The notes beneath the pieces are model-generated. The model was given only the letters and a program-made list of their open reading frames with translations. It did not search any database and had not been told where the DNA came from. Source: an uncultured Planctomycetota bacterium (GTDB lineage Bacteria > Planctomycetota > Planctomycetia > Isosphaerales > Isosphaeraceae). From it: 64,000 nt of DNA. The position numbers were made by a program, and so were the translations under genes. Shown here piece by piece: positions 44,108 to 54,063 of this stretch (the stretch's first letter is position 1; each line of letters starts with the position of its first letter). The stretch lies in the NCBI GenBank assembly GCA_963845755.1, contig CAWJTV010000009.1:96001-160000 (forward strand), written 5' to 3'.

Positions 44108-44746
44108 TCATCGCGGAGTCGTAGCTGGCGGGACTGCGGCGGGGAGCGGTGGCACGCCCGAGATCGATCCGGCGGCCGGTGATGACGCCGGTCTCGCCGA
44201 TCCCGAGGTGCCGGAGGCGCTCGGAGCGGCGGCACGGCCGACGTCCGGACGCGAGACCTCGGTCCCGGGGACGAAGCTGCGGAGATAATGGGACATCGCC
44301 CACATCTCGTCGAGGGCGAGCGTCCCTCGGAAGGTCGGCATGACGGCGCCTCGGCCTTCCGACAGGATATTGACGATCTGCGCGTCTGAACGCGACGACT
44401 GCCAGCGAGGGTCGGTGAAGTCGGGCACGTCGGGGATGTCCCAGACGCCCCGGCCGTCGACGCCATGGCAACGGATGCAGTATCGATTGTAGAGCGACAT
44501 GACGACGCGCTGTTCCTGGTCCGGACTCCGCATCCAGTACCATTGGCCCGCCCAGCCGGCGGGTGCGAGACAACGATCGGCCGGGCAGCCGTGGTGTCCG
44601 CAGGCGGGGTGGTGTTTCTTTTTCCAGAGCCAGCCGGCCTGCGCCACCGGTGGCGAGGCGAATTCCGCCGACAAGACCGCGAGAAGGACCAGGCCGAGTC
44701 CTCCGACCGCGGCAGTCCGCCGTCCTGGTCGCCAGAATGCCTCCAT
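44108..44746 (-). CDS. Exported monoheme cytochrome c, paralogous to the diheme domains
   Basis: Signal peptide; YCIRCHGVDGRG..VPDFTDPRWQSSRSD..GRGAVMP; GGGGAGG RBS. Confidence 0.88.
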   Translation of the reverse strand: MEAFWRPGRRTAAVGGLGLVLLAVLSAEFASPPVAQAGWLWKKKHHPACGHHGCPADRCLAPAGWAGQWYWMRSPDQEQRVVMSLYNRYCIRCHGVDGRGVWDIPDVPDFTDPRWQSSRSDAQIVNILSEGRGAVMPTFRGTLALDEMWAMSHYLRSFVPGTEVSRPDVGRAAAPSASGTSGSARPASSPAAGSISGVPPLPAAVPPATTPR

Positions 44747-44888
44747 GACACCTCCCCTTGAGCCTCGTGCTGATTCCCGGCCAGACGACCGATCCTTCGG
44801 GCTGGTTATGCCGAATTTTCATGTTTATCGGCTCCTGCTTCGCGCCATCGCGAGCCGAAAGTTTGAGAGCTCCGCGACCCGGCGCTGA

Positions 44889-45008
44889 GAGTCCGTCCCA
44901 GAAGGGGCCGGTCTGGGCGAGCGGGGGGCGTCAGCCCCCTGTCTTGGAGGTCCGTCGCTCACCGGACATGGGGCTGACGCCCCCCGCTCGCCCTTCTGTG
45001 ACAGACTC
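44889..45008. mobile_element. 120-bp MITE (GAG-start TIR, 3-bp TGA duplication; IS5/IS1031-like ends) with long internal hairpin
   Basis: GAGTCCGTCCCAGAA / TTCTGTGACAGACTC; TGA both sides; cargo GGGCGAGCGGGGGGCGTCAGCCCC inverted. Confidence 0.7.
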
Positions 45009-46242
45009 TGAGCCGAGAACGCGACCTCCCGGATTGTGGGTTGCCGGGCGCGGATGGGATTGAGACCATCCAGACCCGAAGCCAGCGAGATGGGATCTGG
45101 CTACACGCCCTATAAGTGCATCCGACAGGAGTTCTGGTTACAGGTTTTTTTGTCGGAAGTCGGAACCTCGGTCGCTGTCGCCATTTCGATCGCACCTGTC
45201 TTCGTCGCAAGCCCTGGACCGTGCCCGACGCCGAGGAGGTCGAGCCGTGGGTCCCGACCATCATTCGGCCCGGCCGCGTGCACTTCACCAGGACCAGAGC
45301 CGCGCGGCCCGTCAGGCCGCGCAGATTCTTTCCGAGAGTTCTCGCCGGAGACCACCGGTGGCCGTGCCCGTCACACCGGCCGTTTTCGGCGCAGACCTCG
45401 AGGGCCCCCTCGGGGCCGATCACCGCGCCGTCTGCCCCGTTCCCGCCCGACGCCCCGGCGCAATCCCCGGCCCTCTTTTTTTGAAAAAAATCTGGATCTC
45501 CCACTCCTGTTGAGAGTTCGGGCGCGAAAAATCGTCACGTCGGGCATAGGTGCATTAACGAAATTCCAAAGTTGTGGCATCCTGATAGTAGAGGGCTCAT
45601 CAGGGGGCTCGCACAACCCGTTCCCCGCCGCGTTCGAGGCGTCTCACAACCCATGTCAGGTGATCCCGGAACTCGTCGCCTTCGGCCGTCAACCGGTCGC
45701 CGGAGCCGACCGGACCGACCCGGCAAGCGCTGGTCCCGAACTCATTTCAGGCCAACGAGATCGGGGATGGGGACCTTCCCCATTTGTAACGTAGTGTGCC
45801 ACATTGTGCCACGATCGGCGCCGCCCGGCGGCGGTCCCACCATCCCCCTGACGCCGTGGGGATCGCCGCGGATTCTCGGGATTCTGGGAGCCAACCCGGA
45901 GCCGCCTGGGCTGGTGCCCGCGGGACGGATGAGGGGCCGAACCAGGGATGCCGCGAATCACTCCGGATCGATACGGTGGTCTTGAGCGAGCAGTGTCGAA
46001 AGTATCGATTGTAAAGGCTGTCCGGGCTTCGGCACCGAGACGGAGCGAACCGAGACATTTTGGGGAACCTGGGAGTCGCGTGGACGGGAATGCGCATCCA
46101 TTCGATCCGACCGAATCGCTCACCCGAATCGCAGGGAAACCATTCCGGCCGCTTTGAACGCGTGAGCCGGTGATGTAAAATTCTTTTTCCCGGTATTCCG
46201 CGGCAAGTCGTCCCCACAACGAAATCTTGTTTGCACTCAATC

Positions 46243-48754
46243 ATGGCATCTAAACTTTCTCAACGCCCCGCTGCCAGGTCACCCGAAGTCGGGACGACTT
46301 CCGCCCTGAGAACCGAGGCGGAGCGTCTGATCGAGAAAGAGCGCTACAAGGATGCGGTCAAGCAGGCAAAGTTGTGTTACAAGGAGGCGGGCACGCCGGA
46401 GAACCATGGCCTTCTCGAGCGCGCGTATTTCCTTCGTGCGCGGCAGCTCCTCCAGCAAGGGATGCGATCGTCGGCCGCGGAGGTCGCCCAGCACTTGCTC
46501 GATTTCGGCGTGACGGGCTCCGACTTGCTGGAGGAGCTGGTCCGGCTGCTGATCACACTCGGGTTCGAGAAGGCGGCGATGCAGATCCAGGAACGGCTGG
46601 GCTCGCCGGCACAGAAGGGGCGGATCACGGAGCTGGCGGCCGACCAGCTCGTGCTTCATCCCGAGCGCACGGGGTGGCCGCGCCGGAGCTGGTGCGAGAC
46701 GCCGGCCTCATTCGCCAGGCACTGGAGAAGCTCCAGGTCAAAGATGAGGCCGGTGCCATGGAGACGCTCCGCGATCTGGCGCGGAGCTCGCCGCTGAGCG
46801 AGTGGAAGTTCTTCGTCCGGGGATTGGCCGCGTTCTATCGGCAGGACGATGCGGAGAGCCGGGCCAACTGGGACCGCCTCGCCCCCCAGCGGATGGCCTT
46901 CCTGATCGTCGAGAAGCTGCGCCGACTCATGGCGGAGGCGGCCGGTTCGAACCCGACGACCCTGGAAACGATGGAGAAGCTCGTCTTCGGCGAGCCGATC
47001 CTCAGCCGACTCCGGCAGGTGCGCGACCTGGCGGCCAGCCAGGAGTGGGACAAGGTTTTCCGCTTGCTCGGTCCGCTCCGTCATGGCTTGCAGCAGATCG
47101 ATCCCAAATTGGCCGAACGACTCACCGGCGTCCTGATCGGCTCGCTGATCAAGGCCGCGCAAGACCTGGACTGGCCCGAGGCGAAACACCTCATTACCCA
47201 ATTTACCCGGGTCGCGCAGCCGATGGCGATCGACCCGCGATGGAACCGACTGTGGGCGATCATCTGGGACGGGCCGCATGCCGATTTCGGGGGAGCGGTC
47301 GCCCGCTGGGTTGAGTACATCGCGGACCTCGAGACCCTGGAGTCGCTCTCGTCCTCAGAACGGGCACTGGCGCAGGCGATCGTCTGGGACCACGTGGCCC
47401 AGATCCATGGCGAGGAAGTCGAATACCTGTTGGACGACCTCGGCGAGTCACCTTTTCTGCCGTTCGCTCGACCGAGTCGGGACTCCAGGAAGAAGCGGGC
47501 TAAGGATCCGGCGGTCGTCGCCGTCAAGAAGCAGGTCGTCGATTCCCTGGGCGCAGCCTCAACCTTGCGCCCGAGTATCTCCCTACCTATCGGCTGCTGG
47601 TCAAGTTCCACCAGGAGTGGGAGGATTCCAAAGGGCTGGAGGCGGCCGCGAAACGGCTCCTCTCGGCCTTTCCCGACGACTTCGCGACCCATCAATTGCT
47701 GGGCCGTCACTACTTCCAAGGGAGCGACCTGACCGCGGCGCTGGTGCACCTCGAAAAAGCGCGCGCTCTCAAGCCGCTGGACCAGTCGCTGCGCGAGCTG
47801 GAGTGGATGATTCGGGTCGGGCAGGCGCGCAACTATGCCCTGGTCGGGCGCTGGGACGAAGGTCGCGCCGAGTTCGATGCCGCCGATAAGTTACTGCCCG
47901 AGTCCCGGCGGATGTACAGCTACCTGGCCCGCAAGGCGATTTTCGAGTACAAGGCTGGCCAGGGAGAGCGGAGCGACGAATACGTGCGCGAGGCCCAGGC
48001 CCTGCTGGCCGAGCCGGGCCCGCTCTGGCTGTCGCTGGCGATCGAGTCGAGCCGCTACCACATGCCCAAGAGCACGGTCAACGGATACGCCAAGAACTGG
48101 GAGACCGAGCAGAAGAAGAAGTGTCGGAGCGAGACGGCCGGAGCACTCGCGGAGCTGTTGGGGGGGTTCGTCGCCGCTGGTGTCGATTATCCCGGCCGCG
48201 CCAAGCACATGACGCAGGTCGTCGCCTACCTCCGGCGCACCCTCCGTCTGAAATACCGCCGGGAAGACATCGAGAACGTCCTCGCGTTCCTCAAGTACGT
48301 TCCCGACGAATTTACGTTATTCGAAAAACTCATCAGGGCCGGGTTGAAGCAGCACCCCGACTCGGTCCTGCTGAACCTCGACGCGGGCGAGGTCGAGCTG
48401 ACCAAGGGAAAGCATCTCGTCGGGGGCGCTCGGACGGCCCAGCATTATCTGGAAACCGCGCTCAAGCTCGCCGAGGCGTCGACGGATCCGAAGGTGACCG
48501 CCCTGCTGCCGGTGATCCGCAGCCAGCTCGGCGTGCTGGGCGAGATCACCGAGCGATTCGGACGATTCGGGTTCCCCTTCGGCGGCGACCCCTTCGGGAC
48601 GTCGTTCATCGATACTTCCGATTTTGAGGACGATTTCGACGACGAGGACGACGAGTTGGATGATTTCGACGATGAGGATCGGGTCCCCGTGCCGGCTCCC
48701 CCACGCCGCGCGCCGAAGAAACGCGGCTCCCGCAAGCGCAAGAAGAAGCGATAA
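46243..48754 (+). CDS. Large TPR-like helical protein, first gene of Hsp70 operon; apparent frameshifts ~46675, ~47555
   Basis: Joins ORFs 46231..46797, 46374..47732, 47696..48754; TPR-like helices; acidic then basic tail. Confidence 0.75.
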
Positions 48755-48760
48755 CGAACC

Positions 48761-49059
48761 ATGACCGACCCCTATGAGACCTTGAGCCTTCCCCCGGATG
48801 CCGGCGAAGCGGAGATCCGGCGGCGATACCTGGAACTGGTCCGGGAGTTCCCGCCGGACCGGGCCGCCGGAGCGATTCGCGATGATCCACGCCGCATACG
48901 AGGAGCTGCGCGACCCGGCGCACCGGTTGCAGTCGCAGATCTTCCAGTGCGAGACCACGGTCGAACTCGCTCGAGACGCTGGCGGCCGACTTGAGACGCC
49001 GGCTGCGGACCGCCCGGCTCCCGGTCGCCAGCCTGTTGAACCTTGTGGACTCGCCATGA
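48761..49059 (+). CDS. Small J-domain (DnaJ-like) protein with FPPD in place of HPD; apparent frameshifts
   Basis: MTDPYETLSL..EIRRRYLELVREFPPDRA / PERFAMIHAAYEELRDP; ATGA overlap with grpE. Confidence 0.8.
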
Positions 49060-50045
49060 ACGACACCCATTCAGACGATGTCAACGGCCTCCTCGAACGC
49101 TTTCGAGAATGGCTCGACGCCACCCAGATCGAGGCCGGCAACCTCCAAGGCTCCGGCAATGGTACCGGCCCGGAATCGGGCGATCCCCGGGACGCGGAGC
49201 ACCTGCGCCCGGAGCTCGGCCTGATCCAGTTGACCGAGGAGTTCACGGCGCTGCGTCACGAGCTGAAGCTCCAGACCAAGAGCGGCCGGGGGCTCCTCGA
49301 GCAGGCGGAGGCCATGATCGCCGCCATGCGCCAGGCCATCGAGCAGTTCCGCTCGGTCGAGTCCAAGGAGTCTCAGGCCGCCTGGGCCTCCGGCAAGGTC
49401 CTGGCCGAGGCCCTGGGCGACCTGGATGAGGCCCTCGACCGCGGCCGGCGTGAGATCGAGAAGGCCAGGCGGCGCATCGCCGAGGAGTCGATCCAGGTGC
49501 TGGTCAACGCGCTCGATGAACGGTTCCGCCGGCAATCGTGGATTCGCCGCCGGATGACGGGCGGATACCACGGACAGGTCCTCGACGTGGTGCGGGAAGT
49601 CGGCCGGACTCGCCGCGCCCTGTTCGACTCGCTCCTCGAAGGCTACGGCCTGATCCAGAACCGGCTCGCCCGCGCGATGAAGTCCGAGCGAATCGAGCGC
49701 ATCCCTTGCGAGGGGAACCCGGTGGATCCGGAACGGATGATGGTCATCGAGGTCGTCGAGGACTCGGGCCACCCGCCAGGGACGGTGGCCAAGGAGCTTC
49801 GGCGCGGATATACCTGGAAGGGCCGGCTGCTCCGTTACGCGGAGGTCCAGGCCGTCAGCACCGCGCATGGCCCGGATCCGGAGACCGACTCCGACGGCCC
49901 GGATCCCGGCGGCGGCGAATCGGGGCTCGCAGGCGGCGGCGAGTTCGACGACATCGACAACGGCCGCAACGGCGACGACGAGAACGACACCGGCATCGAC
50001 CTGGCGATCGCGACCGACCGGAACGCACCGGCCGGCTCGGATTGA
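49056..50045 (+). CDS. grpE: GrpE-family nucleotide exchange factor
   Basis: Long coiled coil, then IPCEGNPVDPERM..V....HPPGTVAKELRRGYTWKGRLLRYAEV. Confidence 0.85.
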   Translation: MNDTHSDDVNGLLERFREWLDATQIEAGNLQGSGNGTGPESGDPRDAEHLRPELGLIQLTEEFTALRHELKLQTKSGRGLLEQAEAMIAAMRQAIEQFRSVESKESQAAWASGKVLAEALGDLDEALDRGRREIEKARRRIAEESIQVLVNALDERFRRQSWIRRRMTGGYHGQVLDVVREVGRTRRALFDSLLEGYGLIQNRLARAMKSERIERIPCEGNPVDPERMMVIEVVEDSGHPPGTVAKELRRGYTWKGRLLRYAEVQAVSTAHGPDPETDSDGPDPGGGESGLAGGGEFDDIDNGRNGDDENDTGIDLAIATDRNAPAGSD

Positions 50046-50091
50046 TCCCATCCCGCCAAGAATCACCGCTCGAGTCAAGGAAATCGCAGCT

Positions 50092-51903
50092 ATGGATCAA
50101 GAGACGATCATCGGTATCGACCTGGGGACGACCAACAGCGAGGTCGCCGTCATCCGCGACGGCGAGCCGGTCGTCCTCGACGACGGCGACGGCGAACCGA
50201 TCTTACCTTCGGTTGTCGGCCTGGATCCTCAGGGCCATCTGCTCGTCGGCAAGGCCGCGCGCAATCAGTACGTCCTGGCGCCCGAGCGGACGATCCGTTC
50301 AATCAAGCGGAAGATGGGCCAGGAAACGACGGTCGCGCTCGGCGACAAGAAGTACACACCGCAGGAGATCTCGGCCATCATCCTGCGGACGCTCAAGTCC
50401 CGGGCGGAGAAGGCGCTAGGCCGCCCCGTCTCGAAGGCGGTGATCACGGTCCCGGCGTTCTTCAACGATGGGCAGCGGCAGGCCACGCGCGAGGCCGGCG
50501 AGCTGGCCGGGCTGGAGGTCGTCCGGATCATCAACGAGCCGACCGCCGCGGTGCTCACCTACGATCCTCACCCCACCGATATGGAACGGCTGCTGGTCTA
50601 CGACCTGGGCGGAGGCACCTTCGACGTCTCGCTGGCCCAGGTCGAGAACGGCGTCGTCGAGATCCAGGCCAGTCACGGCGATACCCAGCTCGGCGGCGAT
50701 GACTTCGACCAGTTGCTCCTCGACGATATCTGCGACGAGTTCGCCGAACAGCACGGCGTTGACCTCCGGGCTTCGCTGGGGGCCAAGGCCCGGGTCCTCC
50801 GCGCCGCGGAGGATGCCAAGAAGCGCCTCTCCTCCGAGGCGGTGACCACCGTGGAAGAGGAGTTCATCGCCGAGAAGGACGGGCGGCCGTTGAACCTGAA
50901 ACTGGAGATCTCGCGCTATGACTACGAGGAGCTGATCCGCCCGTTGCTGATGAAGACGCTCACCTGCCTCGACCAGGCGCTTTCCGATGGGAAGGTGCAG
51001 GCCAACCAGATTGACAAGGTGATCCTGGTGGGCGGTGCAACCCGCACGCCCCTGGTCCACGAACTGCTGGAAGAGCGACTGGGACGGCCGGTCCACAGCG
51101 AGATCGAGCCCGACCTGGCCGTGGCGCTGGGGGCGGCCGTCCAGGGGGGCCTGATCTCCGGGATCGACGTCGGCCCGATCCTGGTCAACATCACTCCGCA
51201 TACCCTCGGCATCGAGGCGCTGGGCGAGCTATACGGGTTCATGTCAACCTACCATTTTTCGCCGATCATCGAGCGCAACAGCCCGTTGCCGATCAGCCGG
51301 ACCGAGATTTACTCGACGGTCGTCGATAACCAGCCGGGGGCCGACATCCGGATCTTCCAGGGAGAGAACCCCGACACGCGCTACAACACACTGGTTGGCC
51401 AGTTCAAGGTGGAAGGGCTGGCCAAGGTCCCGGCCGGCAATCAGATCCTGGTCCGGCTGGACCTCGACCTCAGCGGGATCCTCAAGGTGACGGCGACCGA
51501 GCGTGCCACGGGCCTGGCCAAGCACGTCGTGATCGACAACGCGATGGAGCGATTCCGCACGCGCCAGCGCAGCGACGCGGTCGACCGCCTCGAGGCGGTC
51601 ATGGGTACGGTCGAGGGAGCCCAGGGCCTCGCCTTGCCCGGCCCGGCCGGAGCGGGCGAGTCCGCCGAGCCGGCCGCCGCCGCCGGCGAGATGGAACCGT
51701 CGCTCCGCCAGGCCATCGATGCAGCGTCGGCCGCCATCGCCAAGGCCGAAGGAGTCCTCCCCTCGGCGAACGCCGAGGACGCCCGCGAGCTGGACTCCAT
51801 GCTGATCGACCTCCGCGGTGCAATCCAGAACCGGTCCGAGGAGCAGATCCGTACCGCCACCCGCGAGATCGAGGACCTGATCTTCTACCTCGAGGACGCC
51901 TGA
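50092..51903 (+). CDS. Hsp70-family chaperone (non-canonical DnaK paralog)
   Basis: GIDLGTTNS, VITVPAFF, IINEPTAA, YDLGGGTFDVS, LGGDDFD, LVGGATRTP; divergent linker PILVNITPHTLG. Confidence 0.95.
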   Translation: MDQETIIGIDLGTTNSEVAVIRDGEPVVLDDGDGEPILPSVVGLDPQGHLLVGKAARNQYVLAPERTIRSIKRKMGQETTVALGDKKYTPQEISAIILRTLKSRAEKALGRPVSKAVITVPAFFNDGQRQATREAGELAGLEVVRIINEPTAAVLTYDPHPTDMERLLVYDLGGGTFDVSLAQVENGVVEIQASHGDTQLGGDDFDQLLLDDICDEFAEQHGVDLRASLGAKARVLRAAEDAKKRLSSEAVTTVEEEFIAEKDGRPLNLKLEISRYDYEELIRPLLMKTLTCLDQALSDGKVQANQIDKVILVGGATRTPLVHELLEERLGRPVHSEIEPDLAVALGAAVQGGLISGIDVGPILVNITPHTLGIEALGELYGFMSTYHFSPIIERNSPLPISRTEIYSTVVDNQPGADIRIFQGENPDTRYNTLVGQFKVEGLAKVPAGNQILVRLDLDLSGILKVTATERATGLAKHVVIDNAMERFRTRQRSDAVDRLEAVMGTVEGAQGLALPGPAGAGESAEPAAAAGEMEPSLRQAIDAASAAIAKAEGVLPSANAEDARELDSMLIDLRGAIQNRSEEQIRTATREIEDLIFYLEDA

Positions 51904-51916
51904 CGTATATCCATCC

Positions 51917-52267
51917 ATGACCCGACGTGACTCTGAGGAACCGATCCGTCCGCCCGATGTCCTGCGGTGCCCGACCTGCGGCGCCCGGCAGGGCATGACG
52001 GATGCGTGTCGAAGGTGTAAGAGCGACTTGCGGTTGCTCCGCTCCGCGCTCGAAGCGTACGAGCGGCACCGCCGGTCCAGCCTGCTCGACCTCGGCGCCG
52101 GGCGGCTCGAGACCGCCTTGCGGCACGCCCGCAGGTGCCACGAACTCTCGCCCGGCCCCGAGTCGCACCGCCTGTTGGCCGTATGCCAACTCCTCCGCGG
52201 TGATTGGTTCGAAGCCCTCGATTTCGCCCGATCCGTCGAGGAAGACGTCGCCGGATCGGACCATTGA
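51917..52267 (+). CDS. Zinc-ribbon + TPR small protein
   Basis: CPTCGA..ACRRCKSDL followed by a TPR-like helix pair. Confidence 0.75.
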   Translation: MTRRDSEEPIRPPDVLRCPTCGARQGMTDACRRCKSDLRLLRSALEAYERHRRSSLLDLGAGRLETALRHARRCHELSPGPESHRLLAVCQLLRGDWFEALDFARSVEEDVAGSDH

Positions 52268-52638
52268 GGCGGCCGCGGTCCGCTCGACTCTCCTCTGCTC
52301 CCAGGCCCCATCAGGCGACGGCGGAGGTCGCCTCCGGCACCCCATCGATCTCGTCCGTAGTAGCGCGATCAAGTGATGATGAGAGCTTCCGCAAGGGGAT
52401 CCGTCACGCCGCCCTCTGGGCGGTACATGAAGCGATGCAAATGGAATGCCTCCGCACATGCCAGCATTCGGAAAGGCGGTTTCTCGAGCCGGTTCCGGGA
52501 TCCTGTCGATCAGGAATAGGGGAATCGCGAATCGCGGATCGGGAATGCGGATTCCCAAAGATGCGCGGCGACGGGGCACGGCGATCTTCTGGAGCGAGCC
52601 GCCAGCCGCCCATGACCGAGGAACCCTCCACGCGGAGA

Positions 52639-53880
52639 TCAGGTTTCCTCGGGAAGCGCCGCGAGCAGTTGTTTCAACACGCCGATTTCCAGCGGCTTGA
52701 CTATGTGATAGTCAAAGCCGGCTTCCCGGGAGCGACGGCGGTCTTCCTCCTGCCCCCAACCGGTCTGAGCGACCAACACGACGCGCCGGAGTTCCGGTTG
52801 CTCGCGGATTCGTCGGGCCACGTCATATCCGTTGATCCCCGGCAAACCGATGTCCAACAGCGCGAGATCCGGGACGAAGGCCGCCGCGGCATCCACCGCG
52901 CTGGGACCGTCGTAGGCGACGTAAACCTCGTGTCCGAGCATCTCCAGCAGTCGCGCCAGGCTCTGAACGAGATCCGTATTGTCGTCAACAACCAGGACAC
53001 GCCGCCGCTGGGCGGGGACCGACTGGACGGCGTCTTTGAGAGTGCGAGGCGCGGAAGGCGGGTCGGGGCGAGCGAGCGGCAGTCAACCGATGAATTCGCC
53101 GCCTTGACCGGGACCGGCGCTGCGTGCTTCGACAGTGCCCTCATGCAGGTCAACCAGATTCCGAACCAGCGTCAGGCCCACCCCGAGTGCGGCACGACAA
53201 CGTTCGAGGGAACGATCTCCCTGGGTGTACATGGTGAAGATCCGCGGCAGCAGGTCCTCGGGAACACCAACACCGTTATCGCGCACTGAGATCACGATCT
53301 GCTGTCGCGCCATGTCGGGTTCCACAGGCAGGTCGATCTGACCGCCTGCTTCCGTAAACTCTGCGACATTGTTCAGGAGGTTCACCAGCGCCTGGCCCAT
53401 CCAGGCTGGGTCAGCGTACAGATAGAGCGTTTCAGGAGGCAGGATGACCGTCAGCCGGTGCCGCCGTGCCTCGATCAACGACCGGCTCGACCCGACCGCC
53501 GTGGTCACGACCGTGGCGAGGGCAACACGCTGCTTGCGCAGGCCGACCTTCCCCTGGACGGAGTGGGAGACGTGCAGCAGGTCATCCACGATTGGTGCCA
53601 GTTGTTGGGTCTGCCGGTCCAGAATCTCCCTGGCCTCCGCGATGCTGGCGAGTTCTCCGTCGGCCAGCTTGATGATCTTTACGGCGTTACGAATCGGTGC
53701 CAGAGGATCACGCAACTCCTGCGCCGATCTCGCGCGGAATTCGTTCTTGCGCCGGTCTGCCTCCGTGCACCAGCGCGCCCGAGGAACCGCCCGCCCGTCG
53801 GGCGTAGACGTCGAGCATGTGCAACTCGCGTTGCGACGGCCGGTGGGCTCGCCGAAAATACGTGGAGAGCACAGCTAGCA
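52639..53880 (-). pseudogene. Decayed hybrid histidine kinase-receiver (GAF remnant, HisKA, HATPase, REC)
   Basis: H-box reads SAQELRDPLAPI (His lost); N-box NNVAEFT; in-frame TGA at 53083-53085; REC motifs VVDD, LLDIGLP, VKP intact; 5' truncated. Confidence 0.8.
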
Positions 53881-53907
53881 CATGGTCCGACTGGTTTCTC
53901 CGCCGGT

Positions 53908-54063
53908 TAGAGCGTCTATCACTGGGGTTGCGCATTCACCCTACAAACCCGAAGCGCCAGCGAGTGAGTTCCCGCTGGAAACCCGCAATCCACTCGCTGG
54001 CGCTTCGGGCTTATAAAGGACCCATGCGGTCGTCGTGTGGTCCATCCGTCTGAAAGCGATCTA
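53908..54063. mobile_element. Possible TA-flanked MITE with REP-like hairpin
   Basis: Hairpin CCCGAAGCGCCAGCGAGTG / CACTCGCTGGCGCTTCGGG; loose ends TAGAGCGTCTATCA / TGAAAGCGATCTA. Confidence 0.5.

Noticed and set aside
45790..45815. TGGCAC repeats as a sigma54 promoter
   Set aside because: GG-to-GC spacing is N9, not the required N10; only a TGTGCCAC direct repeat remains
45200..46240. Riboswitch or ncRNA in the long intergenic region
   Set aside because: No recognisable family consensus by eye; an Rfam/Infernal scan would be needed
50092..51903. Housekeeping dnaK
   Set aside because: Divergent linker and C-terminus, no hrcA or canonical dnaJ; gene symbol withheld
53083..53085. In-frame TGA as selenocysteine or readthrough
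   Set aside because: The position is normally Arg (CGA to TGA) and the surrounding domain is already degenerate
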